This document shows, in pieces, positions 50,735-60,478 of a stretch of DNA of 64,000 bases. Position 1 is the stretch's first letter, and each line of letters begins with the position of its first letter. A model generated the notes under the pieces. It was not told the DNA's origin and ran no database searches. It was given only the letters and a program-made list of their open reading frames with translations. The position numbers and the translations under genes were made by a program. Source of the stretch: a virus (lineage: Duplodnaviria; Caudoviricetes); IMG/VR virus record IMGVR_UViG_3300028920_000072, positions 1,123-65,122 of that record, one strand, 5' to 3'.

Positions 50735-51193
50735 TTAAAACCGATTTTCCTTTAGTTGTGTAGTAAGAAAATCAATTTCTTTTTCAAGTTCTTCTGCTTG
50801 TTTTTCAGCAAGTTCAAGTTCATAAGCAACTAATTCTTTGGCAACTGCTTTTGCAACTTCAAGATCAGAAAAGAAAGCTTTTTCAATAGGTACTAAAGTA
50901 CCTCCTTGTTTTGGCATTTCAATGTCACCATTGATTATATAATTATCTGCGTTCTTTTTTCTACCATCAATGAGTTCAACGGTTCTTTCAACAATGCCTA
51001 CTGTTTTACGAACCGAATTATCATCAAGGTTTTTACCATCTGTTACAGGAGTTAATACTATTCCATAAATAACGTCATCTATACGTAAATCCTTAGGATT
51101 TGTTATAGGTTGACGAATAACAGTTGCTTCAAGTATTTTAGCGTTTTCTCTTGCGCCTTTTATGGCACTAATGATGTCATTTGTCTTATTCAT
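50735..51193 (-). CDS. Hypothetical protein with C-terminal coiled coil
   Basis: 152-aa ORF. Confidence 0.6.
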   Translation of the reverse strand: MNKTNDIISAIKGARENAKILEATVIRQPITNPKDLRIDDVIYGIVLTPVTDGKNLDDNSVRKTVGIVERTVELIDGRKKNADNYIINGDIEMPKQGGTLVPIEKAFFSDLEVAKAVAKELVAYELELAEKQAEELEKEIDFLTTQLKENRF

Positions 51194-51204
51194 TTTGTTT
51201 GATG

Positions 51205-51636
51205 TTAATAATTAGTGAATATTGTGAATTTTGATTTTTTACGGTTAAGAAATTTAATTAGAATATGATCCTTACTATTTCTTAATTCGTCTTTTATTAG
51301 GACTATTTTTTTGGATTCATCGTTAAAATAAATATTTTTAAAATCAACAATAGTCCAAAGGTTTGTATATTCATCCTTTTCTTTTCCCCAAAAATTCTTT
51401 GGGAGTCTATTTCTTTTTGTATCCCATGCTGATTTTAATGGTCTCCAAAAAGTTATATTTTCTTTTTTGAACATTAATGTTTTTGGAATATACAAAGATA
51501 ACGAAATATTATTAACTAATAAAGGAATTTTAATTTCATTAGTTAATCTTGTTTTCACTTGATACACTAATCTCAAACCACCTATCTGTTTATTTTCTTC
51601 TATTTTTAAAAGAGTAAATTTTATTTCTTTTTTCAT
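51205..51636 (-). CDS. Hypothetical protein
   Basis: 143-aa ORF. Confidence 0.55.
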   Translation of the reverse strand: MKKEIKFTLLKIEENKQIGGLRLVYQVKTRLTNEIKIPLLVNNISLSLYIPKTLMFKKENITFWRPLKSAWDTKRNRLPKNFWGKEKDEYTNLWTIVDFKNIYFNDESKKIVLIKDELRNSKDHILIKFLNRKKSKFTIFTNY

Positions 51637-51649
51637 TTTAATGATATTT

Positions 51650-53215
51650 GTGGTTTAGCAATTAATGTGTTGAAGCAATAACGATATTGCTATGAGTACA
51701 TGGCCAATACAATTGACAGTAAACCTCTAACTAGAATAACGGGAAAAATTCTAAGTATCTTTGTCTCTACTGTTTTTAGACATCACAACTACTTTTTTTC
51801 ACGAAAATAGATGATATATCTTTACTTATATTCCTATAATTACAATATATCCAATTAAGTTAGTCAAGGGATTACAATATCGCTACACTTCATAGAAATG
51901 TAATTCACTACCAGAGTGATTATGTGGAGTTCAATCCACTTGTACTATATATTTACTTATTTACGTTATATTGATAAAACTTAACATATTTCGCAATATG
52001 TTTTAGTGATAATCGTTATAAGTAATAATTGAAAGAGCTATTTACTCCTATTTTTCACGATAGGCTTTACTCCACCCAATATTTGATAAATTTGCTAGTT
52101 TATATAATATGGTTGGTAGGTTTCGAGACTAATGGAATCTCTAAGACCCATTTTCAATCTTCACTCATGTTTCAATTCTATTTATAACTGTGTTATCATA
52201 GCATACTCATAAAGCTTAATGCTACCTAAGCTTGCAATATACCCTATACACTATCATATTTGACCGTTACTGGATTATATAATAGTTATTAAGTAATTGA
52301 ATATATTACCCCGACTTGTTATTTTATTTATGAGTGACATCACGGTCACTTAGTTAAGAGATTTTAATTTTATTATTATCCAATTCCTATTTATTAATAT
52401 TCATATTTTATTGCGGTAGGATTCTAACCTACGAAGCCATATGTTTTGTTCACATTATATTATTGTAATTTTGGATAAATATTGATAATATAAATGTGAG
52501 AAAACTTTTTAGGCATTCTAATTACGATAGAATTCCTTTGCACTTCAAGAATTATGATGTTGGTGCATAATTCTTTCCTCTTGGATACGACTCAATCATA
52601 TTTCAATTAATAACCAACAAAAATAATAATAAATACCTACATTAACAGTTTCACTTATTTTGTATTATTATTTAATAATATCTGATACAGAGCAACCGCA
52701 AAATAAGCTGTTTCCTGCTTTTACCCCCATACTCTTATAAATGGTTGTAGCTGACATTTATGCTCCCGTATGTCCTACGTTACTGCCTTCTTTTCAACCT
52801 CACATTGTCTGTCAATTTTGATGCCTTTCAAAAGAGTGTAGCAGAATGCAACCTTAGGAGTAATTATTTTTTCAGGGAATTCCACCCTGTCCGTTGCAAT
52901 ACATAAAAGATCATTGTCTAGCCCTTCGGTTCAACACGATGTACCCAGTGTGTCTGTAGTAAATACGCTAGCATGCTTTAACTATATTTCTACGTTATGA
53001 CATCTGACTGCAATTTATGCCCTCCTGACCTCATTGATCCTATTCAACATCTTTCCAACCCACTGTTGGCGATTATTTCATATTCAGCGTGTAGCTTAGA
53101 CTGAGGAAATATAACTTATGGTGTTTTCTATTTGGAAGTAATTGATTGTACAAATAGTTCATATCACGTCCCTTAATTTAAAAATTAAAGGAGTGCACCA
53201 TCACAGGTGCACCCT
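51650..53215 (-). ncRNA. Candidate large structured non-coding RNA(s)
   Basis: No ORF of 60 aa or more in ~1.58 kb; more than 12 hairpins, GNRA and T-loop motifs on the - strand, long-range complementarity. Confidence 0.6.
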
Positions 53216-53218
53216 AAG

Positions 53219-54907
53219 TTATTGATATAATCTTAATCTTCTTGTTAATGGTTGATATGGTAAACCATCGATAGTTTTAGTAAAAGGTCTACCTAAAATT
53301 GCCACTTCTATTATAGAATCTGATGTATATTCTGATAATTCTTTCATCAATTCTGTAATTTGAATTTTCAAAAGTGTTTGTAATTTAAATAAACCTATAT
53401 TTAGACTTGATATAAATTTAACATTTGGTTCTATTACAAATGAAAAAACTTGTCTATAATTAAAAGATTTAGTATTGCGTTCTTCCAAATATATTTGACA
53501 TTCAGATACATATGGAAAACTTTTAACAAATCTTTCTATTACATCTAATTGTATAGGTATCTTAAATATAGATTTTACTCTATTGATGTTTCTACCATAT
53601 ACAAATAATAAATTATCTGTTATTTTAATAAAATCCTTTGATAGAAACATAGTATCTAAACCATCTCCATTGTGTAATTCTACAAGTCTATCAATATAGT
53701 TAATATATATATTTGGTAGAATTTCTCCTGCACACATAAATTGGTTTAATGCTTTATTAGAAAAATCATTGAATGCTATTAATTGCATTGCTTCTTGAGT
53801 ACCATATGTTGTAATTAATGGAAGAACATCCTTAGCAAGATAGAGAGCTTTCATATGTATTTGTGAATTATATACTATTATTGCTTCTTTCTTTGTTTGT
53901 TTGTTGTAGTATCTTTTAAGATTTCTTGATGCTAATTTCTTAAATAACCACTGAAGTTCCTTATGTTTAAAAATATTATGTTTAAATCTTCCTTCCATTA
54001 TAGAATCAACTTTTTCTTTCCATACGTTTTCAAAAGAAACAGTATCTTCTATTACAACTTCTGCCTTTTTCATATTATCAACAAAAATACAATTTTTCAT
54101 AAAAGGTATTAATACTGTTAATATGTGACTATATTCATATGGTATTGCTGAAAACACTGTAGTTTGAGCTTCCATGTGATCTTTCCAAAATCTACTTTGC
54201 ATAATTCTTTTCAAATGATGTGCTAATTCTCTTTCATCGACTATTACAAGTTTTTCTTGAAAATTGTGTGTGCCTTTAGTATAATAACCTAACATTCCTA
54301 ATTTTTGATTATTACAGAATTTGTCAAACATTTCATCTACCTCTTGTATAGTTAAAGGTGGATTATTCATATCTCTTACAGCATAATATTCTAATAAAGC
54401 TTTTGGTTCATCAAAATATATAGGTTTTAAAGTCAAGAGATTAAATATTCCTTTTATTAAATGTCTAGTAAATATTGAAGAATAATTTAGTCTTATGTCA
54501 TTCAAGCCTAATTTATTTTCCATATATCCATCTGTAAATATATATCTCATATTATTATTGATAATAATATTTTTCAGTTTTATTTTATCAATGTTGCTAG
54601 GAATGATTATTAACTTATTTCCTGTAAGCAATGAAGCAAAATATAATAATATCCAATTCATATTTATTACAGAATCTGAAAATTTAGTTATTACACCAAG
54701 AGAATAATATTCTTTATTATCAAATATTAAGGTATTCTCAACTGATGTTCTGAATAATATAGTTAATAATCTCATATAATATACTAATACACTGAAAAAG
54801 TCTGACATTTTGTGATTTGAAGTCACATTTGTGTAGAAATGCTTTTTTATATGATCAAAGATCATATTTTTTAAAGGACTTATTCGTTTATCTAATATAT
54901 TTTTCAT
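53219..54907 (-). CDS. Divergent AMP-binding (ANL) long-chain acyl-CoA synthetase homolog, probably catalytically altered
   Basis: Collinear degenerate ANL motifs: NWILLYFASLLTG, YYTKGTHNFQEKLV (A3), YGTQE (A5), CAGEILP, SKD..LFVYGR..IQLDVIERFVKSFPYVSEC (A7/A8), PFTKT. Confidence 0.65.
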   Translation of the reverse strand: MKNILDKRISPLKNMIFDHIKKHFYTNVTSNHKMSDFFSVLVYYMRLLTILFRTSVENTLIFDNKEYYSLGVITKFSDSVINMNWILLYFASLLTGNKLIIIPSNIDKIKLKNIIINNNMRYIFTDGYMENKLGLNDIRLNYSSIFTRHLIKGIFNLLTLKPIYFDEPKALLEYYAVRDMNNPPLTIQEVDEMFDKFCNNQKLGMLGYYTKGTHNFQEKLVIVDERELAHHLKRIMQSRFWKDHMEAQTTVFSAIPYEYSHILTVLIPFMKNCIFVDNMKKAEVVIEDTVSFENVWKEKVDSIMEGRFKHNIFKHKELQWLFKKLASRNLKRYYNKQTKKEAIIVYNSQIHMKALYLAKDVLPLITTYGTQEAMQLIAFNDFSNKALNQFMCAGEILPNIYINYIDRLVELHNGDGLDTMFLSKDFIKITDNLLFVYGRNINRVKSIFKIPIQLDVIERFVKSFPYVSECQIYLEERNTKSFNYRQVFSFVIEPNVKFISSLNIGLFKLQTLLKIQITELMKELSEYTSDSIIEVAILGRPFTKTIDGLPYQPLTRRLRLYQ

Positions 54908-55295
54908 AATTTTCCTTTAGATATTTAGCATTATTTAATGCTTGATATATATTAATAGTATCCCAAGCTTTATTTATAATAATTACAAATTCTCTTGGTT
55001 TATGATCTTTTAATTCAAAAGCATAATTCTTAAGAATTAACTTATAATCAGGAATTACACTTGCTGGATGTAAATTGTCATCTGATTCAATATGAGGAAT
55101 AACGATAGTAAAATTGGAATATCTTTCGTTTTCTATTATCCTTGTTAGGTTCAATGCCATGTTTTTTAGTAATTGTTGTTTAGAAAACATGCCCGTTTCT
55201 TCTTCAATATCTAATATTTTATCATAAAAGATACTGTTTAAAATTCTTTTACTACTCCTACTTAATTTAGGAGAATCGATTTCTAATATTGTCAT
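54888..55295 (-). CDS. Hypothetical protein
   Basis: 135-aa ORF overlapping the start of the ANL gene. Confidence 0.55.
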   Translation of the reverse strand: MTILEIDSPKLSRSSKRILNSIFYDKILDIEEETGMFSKQQLLKNMALNLTRIIENERYSNFTIVIPHIESDDNLHPASVIPDYKLILKNYAFELKDHKPREFVIIINKAWDTINIYQALNNAKYLKENYEKYIR

Positions 55296-55297
55296 AA

Positions 55298-55582
55298 CTA
55301 TTTATTTTGATTTGGTAATTCAATTTCATCTAAAAATACTATTACACATCGTTGATTATTATATGTCATAGCATAATTAATAGTATTTTTTTCTTCATCT
55401 TCAGTAAGACTACATAATACTATTCTCTCATAATATTTATTTGTCTTTTTACCACCTAGTTTAACTAAATAATCTGGTAGTTCTCCTGAAAATGGTTTTG
55501 ATAATATTTTTCTTTTTACATTAAATGAAGAAGTATCAAGTATTATCATTCCTTTTCTTAATTTGCCTTTTATATTTGTCAT
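55298..55582 (-). CDS. Hypothetical protein
   Basis: 94-aa ORF. Confidence 0.5.
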   Translation of the reverse strand: MTNIKGKLRKGMIILDTSSFNVKRKILSKPFSGELPDYLVKLGGKKTNKYYERIVLCSLTEDEEKNTINYAMTYNNQRCVIVFLDEIELPNQNK

Positions 55583-56072
55583 ATTTTCTTAATTTTGATA
55601 TTGCATATTTTAATTTATCACTATCATACCCTGATATAGGTTTTATACTAGATAAAGCAATTGATATATTATTATCTATAGTATGTATTTCTCCCATTTC
55701 TATTTTAAATGGTCCATCGTATCCTGTACCTAAAAATAATATTTTATCACCTAGTAGTAAATATCCTTTTTGCATTTCATCATTGGTAAACCAAAATCCT
55801 TCTTCTTCTTTTATGTTTATACCATGATGTTGCAAAATAGGTTTTAATGATCTAGCTATTGATAATTTATGATCTTCGATTAAGACATCAATGCTTTGTA
55901 ACAAATCTTTTAGTGAATCTGAATCTGGAAACACTTTGTTTACTCCATTTAACAAGAGTTGAGCCTCTCTAAGTGAAAGCTTTGCTGCTTTCAAATAAAT
56001 TATTTCTCTAGATCTTTTTACGCAATTTTCTACGAGGGAGGACTCTAGGATTTGCTTTTTTATGTTTGACAT
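55536..56072 (-). CDS. Hypothetical protein
   Basis: 178-aa ORF. Confidence 0.55.
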   Translation of the reverse strand: MSNIKKQILESSLVENCVKRSREIIYLKAAKLSLREAQLLLNGVNKVFPDSDSLKDLLQSIDVLIEDHKLSIARSLKPILQHHGINIKEEEGFWFTNDEMQKGYLLLGDKILFLGTGYDGPFKIEMGEIHTIDNNISIALSSIKPISGYDSDKLKYAISKLRKYDKYKRQIKKRNDNT

Positions 56073-56163
56073 GTTGTTCTGTTTTTGATTTTCGTTTGGT
56101 GTTTTTCATTGGTGTTTTTAATGGCCAATCTTTTTCTATTTGTTTACTTGTTATTTTAGGCAT
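56008..56163 (-). CDS. Small basic protein (51 aa, not in the ORF track)
   Basis: Manually translated MPKITSKQIEKDWPLKTPMKNTKRKSKTEQHVKHKKANPRVLPRRKLRKKI*; AT-rich sequence before the ATG. Confidence 0.35.
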   Translation of the reverse strand: MPKITSKQIEKDWPLKTPMKNTKRKSKTEQHVKHKKANPRVLPRRKLRKKI

Positions 56164-56302
56164 GATATTTAAATAAAAATGCCTTGATGCCTACCTGTTA
56201 AGATATTAATACAGATTTATTATTATATATTCCAAGGATAAAGAATATAAAAACAAATTTGTAATACATAAACATCAAGGCTTAAAATGTTATTTATTAA
56301 TG

Positions 56303-59300
56303 TTATTTATTACCGTCTATAAACTTAGCTTGTTTATCTACTGCTTTATAAAGATCGTAAACATTATTTTTTGAAATTTGTCTTGCATATTTGCCGACAG
56401 CATGTTTTCTTATAGCATCAACAATAGCGGTTCTTACACTTTTGTTTGTGCCATATTTTTTCAAAATTTCAAGAACTGCATCTTTATATTGTGTTTTATT
56501 AACAGCATTAATAGCTTTAGTTACATCATAATCTAATGGGACATTCTTTGATTTGTCTTCTTTCTTCCCAGATTCTAAAGGAACAGTCTTCACAGTCTCT
56601 TGATCTTCTCCCGTTTTTGTATCTGAAACTGTATTGACGTCCTCTGGGACAAATTCTTCCCCCGATTCATTCTTCGATGAAAAGGTTTTATTAAACCAAT
56701 GTGTTACTTGATCAACATTCCAACCTTCAGCATCTTCGATTTGCTTGTTTTCTACTATTAATTTTATACACATTTCTATAGCAGTTTTAATGTCTAAAGC
56801 TTCTTCTCTTTCTATTGTGAAATTATATACTTGGTCAAGTTTATTAAACTTTTTTACTTTTTCCCAAATATCAGGATATTCTTTTTCAAATTCTGTTAAA
56901 TTTGAATAAATTATTTCTTGATCATCTTCCACAATTTCTGCTTCTGGTATATCATCAATTGGTTCATCAACTGATTCAATTTCATTAACTGTTTCTTTAA
57001 TAGCTTTTTCATTTTCTTCTATAGCACGTGGTCTAACTTTGTTTATAATTTCTCCAAAATTATCTCTAATTTCACTTAAATTCATAGTTATACCATTTTT
57101 TGAAAGATATTCTCTAACGTTTTTTATGATAGATACAAATCCACTGCCTGTTTTAGCAATTTCTTTTATCTTATCTTTATCAATTGGTTTAACATTAGGA
57201 ATAATTGTTTCAGAAGCTATTTCTTCGCTAAAGAACCTACCATAAATTTGATTGATAAATAATTTGATTTTTTCTTCATTTTTGAATAAACTTTTATCAG
57301 ATTTTTCTTTATCAAACTTTTCATTTTCAAGTATTTGTTCTTTAGCCCAGTCGACTAACATTTCCTCACTATAACCATAGTTATCAACTAAGTTTTTAGC
57401 TTTAGGAAATATTTCTGAAGCACGAGTGAGAGTCAAATCATCCTTAGATGGTTTTTTATTTAGATCATCTAAAATAGATTGAACATGTTTACTTAAATTT
57501 TTAAGATGTTTAAATTGAGCTATTTTGTAAGTAAGTTTTATATTATCGGTATTAGATCTTATTAATCCATTGTTGTCAAATATTCTTTCAACAATTTCTG
57601 AATCAATTATATCTTCAACTGATTTTGATTTATTTTCTAAAATAAAGTCATAAAACTCTTTTTTAGTTACAGCTTTTTCAATACCATCTGGTCTCATATT
57701 TTTAATGATTTCATCATATACTTCAGTAGTATATTCCTTTAGTTTATTGAGATCTCTAAAGTCTATGACTTTACCATCTTTTTGTTTATAAAGACCATCT
57801 TGTACAAGTTTCATAAATGTAGAATCAAGAATGAGATTTAAAGGAATGTGGTTTCTTATTGATTCAAGAATAGAATCTCGAAATTCACTTTCTTCTGTTA
57901 TTTTAAATTCATTCATTAACTGATTCATAGTTCTGCGTATAAAATCTATAACATGTATAGGAGTATACATATTATATCTTATATTTTCAGCATTTAAAAT
58001 ATAGGTATTGGACAATTTAGGTTCATATTCATCTATTGTTTGTTTAATAGATGTTTCAGGATCTCCATTATTATTTTTAAGACCCTGTACTAGTTCGTGA
58101 CCAAGTTTGGCACGTAGATTTTCAAAAGAATCTTCATATTGTACTAATTCTTTACGACCGCCTGATATTATAGATGGGATACCAAGTGTTTCAAAATGAT
58201 CAAGATCTGAAATTTCTTTTTCGACAATTGTTTGCTTCCATTTGTCTATTTGATTTGTACTATATCCTCTAAATCTGAAGAAAATCTCTATTAAATCATC
58301 AGCTTTTTGTTTAAGTTCTTCTTCTTCTTTAGATTTTTCATATAATTCAATATATGTACCAGATATTCGATCAAAAGCTTCTAATTCTTCTCTTAATCTT
58401 AATTTTGGTGTACCAAATTCAATTATAGCATCAAGTTTGTTTAAATCACTAGTACTATGACGTATAACATTATTAGTATCGATGTTTAACAATAAATCAA
58501 ATGCTTTTTTATCATCTTCTGTAAAAATAACTTTACTTGAATCTCTAAAATCATAAATGCGTAAAGTTTCTCTAATTTTTAAATGATTCTTGTATGATTG
58601 TAAATCTACTATTTTTTCTGCTTTATAAGCATTAGCAATTTGATCAATTTTGTTTACACCAATATTAGCATCATCGAGTATATCAAGAGCTTTTCTCTTG
58701 AGTACTTCATTGTGCTGTTTGGTTTTTTGTTCTTTTTGAGAAACTTCAGTAGGTTTGACTTCTTCAGATATTTTCTCATAAAGATCTTTTAACCAGCTTT
58801 GAATTTCCTTATCAGTCCACTTATGTGGTTTTTTTGTTTTGTCTTTAGGAATATATTTAGCTTCAGCTAAATGTTTAGTTGCTAAATCAATAGCAACTTC
58901 TTTCCTATTCTTTTTGATTAAATTAATGCAAGCCCGTGTTAAATCTTTGAACTCAGGAATTTCAATTATTTTTTCACCATTAAGTAAACTAACAGTTTTT
59001 GAGTCTTTAGTTTTTTCAAATGGCATTGATTGATCTGTTCCTATTGCATCGATTCTAGATGCCATAGCTTCTGAATTAATACTCATAACATCAGCGTTAA
59101 CATCAGTTAGGCGTAATAATATAGCTTCAAGTCGTGATATTTCTATATCACAAACTGCTTTAGCATCATCACATACATGCATTTTCCTTTTTTGCCAATA
59201 TTCAATAACTTCGATTACTTCGTTTGGCTTAAATAACAATTCATTAATTGTAGAGACATTAAAGTTTTCTTTAATGCCATCGAACAACCAACGATTGTCA

Positions 59301-59338
59301 AGTTCATAGAGATTATGAGCTGTATTTTTATTGTTCAT
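56303..59338 (-). CDS. Large alpha-helical hypothetical protein (1011 aa)
   Basis: Long uninterrupted ORF; no recognisable catalytic motif. Confidence 0.7.
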   Translation of the reverse strand: MNNKNTAHNLYELDNRWLFDGIKENFNVSTINELLFKPNEVIEVIEYWQKRKMHVCDDAKAVCDIEISRLEAILLRLTDVNADVMSINSEAMASRIDAIGTDQSMPFEKTKDSKTVSLLNGEKIIEIPEFKDLTRACINLIKKNRKEVAIDLATKHLAEAKYIPKDKTKKPHKWTDKEIQSWLKDLYEKISEEVKPTEVSQKEQKTKQHNEVLKRKALDILDDANIGVNKIDQIANAYKAEKIVDLQSYKNHLKIRETLRIYDFRDSSKVIFTEDDKKAFDLLLNIDTNNVIRHSTSDLNKLDAIIEFGTPKLRLREELEAFDRISGTYIELYEKSKEEEELKQKADDLIEIFFRFRGYSTNQIDKWKQTIVEKEISDLDHFETLGIPSIISGGRKELVQYEDSFENLRAKLGHELVQGLKNNNGDPETSIKQTIDEYEPKLSNTYILNAENIRYNMYTPIHVIDFIRRTMNQLMNEFKITEESEFRDSILESIRNHIPLNLILDSTFMKLVQDGLYKQKDGKVIDFRDLNKLKEYTTEVYDEIIKNMRPDGIEKAVTKKEFYDFILENKSKSVEDIIDSEIVERIFDNNGLIRSNTDNIKLTYKIAQFKHLKNLSKHVQSILDDLNKKPSKDDLTLTRASEIFPKAKNLVDNYGYSEEMLVDWAKEQILENEKFDKEKSDKSLFKNEEKIKLFINQIYGRFFSEEIASETIIPNVKPIDKDKIKEIAKTGSGFVSIIKNVREYLSKNGITMNLSEIRDNFGEIINKVRPRAIEENEKAIKETVNEIESVDEPIDDIPEAEIVEDDQEIIYSNLTEFEKEYPDIWEKVKKFNKLDQVYNFTIEREEALDIKTAIEMCIKLIVENKQIEDAEGWNVDQVTHWFNKTFSSKNESGEEFVPEDVNTVSDTKTGEDQETVKTVPLESGKKEDKSKNVPLDYDVTKAINAVNKTQYKDAVLEILKKYGTNKSVRTAIVDAIRKHAVGKYARQISKNNVYDLYKAVDKQAKFIDGNK

Positions 59339-59405
59339 ATTGATTTTTGTTTAATGAATATATACAGCTAACAACATTTCACAATCGATTTAATATTAAA
59401 ATAAT

Positions 59406-59705
59406 TCAATCTTTTTCTTCGAAAAATGATTCAATTAGTTCGATTTCTTCAACAGTAGCTTCAAATAATTTATCTTGATTATGTTCAATATAAACATTTG
59501 CAACTCCTGTTAGCATTTTTTTTCTTGCTTCTAAAACTTTGGCTAACGCTAAAATGCTTCCTGTATCCTCATATTGGTTACAGAATTTTTTTAGATTTTC
59601 AACAGCTTGCTGATTAGCAATATCTGCTTTTTTAATGTAAATATTTGATTTCAAATCTTCTAAGGATTTGATATCTCCTCGGAGAACGATGGTTTTTTGT
59701 GACAT
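59406..59705 (-). CDS. Hypothetical protein
   Basis: 99-aa ORF. Confidence 0.55.
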   Translation of the reverse strand: MSQKTIVLRGDIKSLEDLKSNIYIKKADIANQQAVENLKKFCNQYEDTGSILALAKVLEARKKMLTGVANVYIEHNQDKLFEATVEEIELIESFFEEKD

Positions 59706-60180
59706 TTTTTTTGATTTTATATCCTCTTTTTTCTAAGGAATCAAGTACAGATCTACCATACCTGATTTTGGTTAATATTTTAACAAATTCATATTTTTCC
59801 ATAGAATAATCAGTTAACATGGCTTTACCACGCGTTGTTATTCTATATTCAATTGGTTGTTTATCTCTGTAAATATATGGATAAGAATGAGCAGATATTT
59901 CTATTGTTTGATTAAAAAATGGATTATAAACTACGAATTGTTTTAATTCTCTTATATCAAACAATTTAGTATATCTCCTATATTTTGTTTCTAAATATAT
60001 TTCAGCTTTATTATCACCCCATGTTTCTTTGACAAAACCAGCTCCTTGTGGAGTTATTACTTTGGAACCTTTACGTAAATTGATTGGTGTTATTGTTCTT
60101 ACTCTTCCAAAATAATACTTATCATTTCTTTTTTTGTAGTTTTTGATTTTTCTTTTTATTAATTGTATTAATTTTTCCAT
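59632..60180 (-). CDS. Hypothetical protein
   Basis: 182-aa ORF with A-rich leader. Confidence 0.55.
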   Translation of the reverse strand: MEKLIQLIKRKIKNYKKRNDKYYFGRVRTITPINLRKGSKVITPQGAGFVKETWGDNKAEIYLETKYRRYTKLFDIRELKQFVVYNPFFNQTIEISAHSYPYIYRDKQPIEYRITTRGKAMLTDYSMEKYEFVKILTKIRYGRSVLDSLEKRGYKIKKNVTKNHRSPRRYQILRRFEIKYLH

Positions 60181-60280
60181 TTTTTCTTTTTTTTATATGG
60201 GTATGTGAAAAATGTTAACAATGCTGGACCCAATTTAGTAACCAAAATTAATACTATTATGGATGCTATTATTATTTCCA

Positions 60281-60478
60281 TTATATTCTTTTGAATGTAT
60301 GATGTTCTAATTCAGTTACTGTTCCACAACAACTACATGCTGCTAAACGAGTATCTGGATTATTTTTATTTGGCATTAGTTCTGATTGTACTGTTGCGTT
60401 TTTATTAGAACAATGAGTACAAGCCCATCTGTAAACTATTGCATTTACAGTGTAAGCTTTAGCTTTATGAGTATTCAT
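60281..60478 (-). CDS. Small zinc-ribbon protein
   Basis: CTHC...CSCC. Confidence 0.55.
   Translation of the reverse strand: MNTHKAKAYTVNAIVYRWACTHCSNKNATVQSELMPNKNNPDTRLAACSCCGTVTELEHHTFKRI

Noticed and set aside
51637-53218. CRISPR array, iteron-type origin or group I/II intron as explanation of the non-coding block
   Set aside because: No regularly spaced direct repeats; flanking genes are not halves of one gene; no intron-encoded ORF or recognisable catalytic core seen by eye. An origin is not formally excluded
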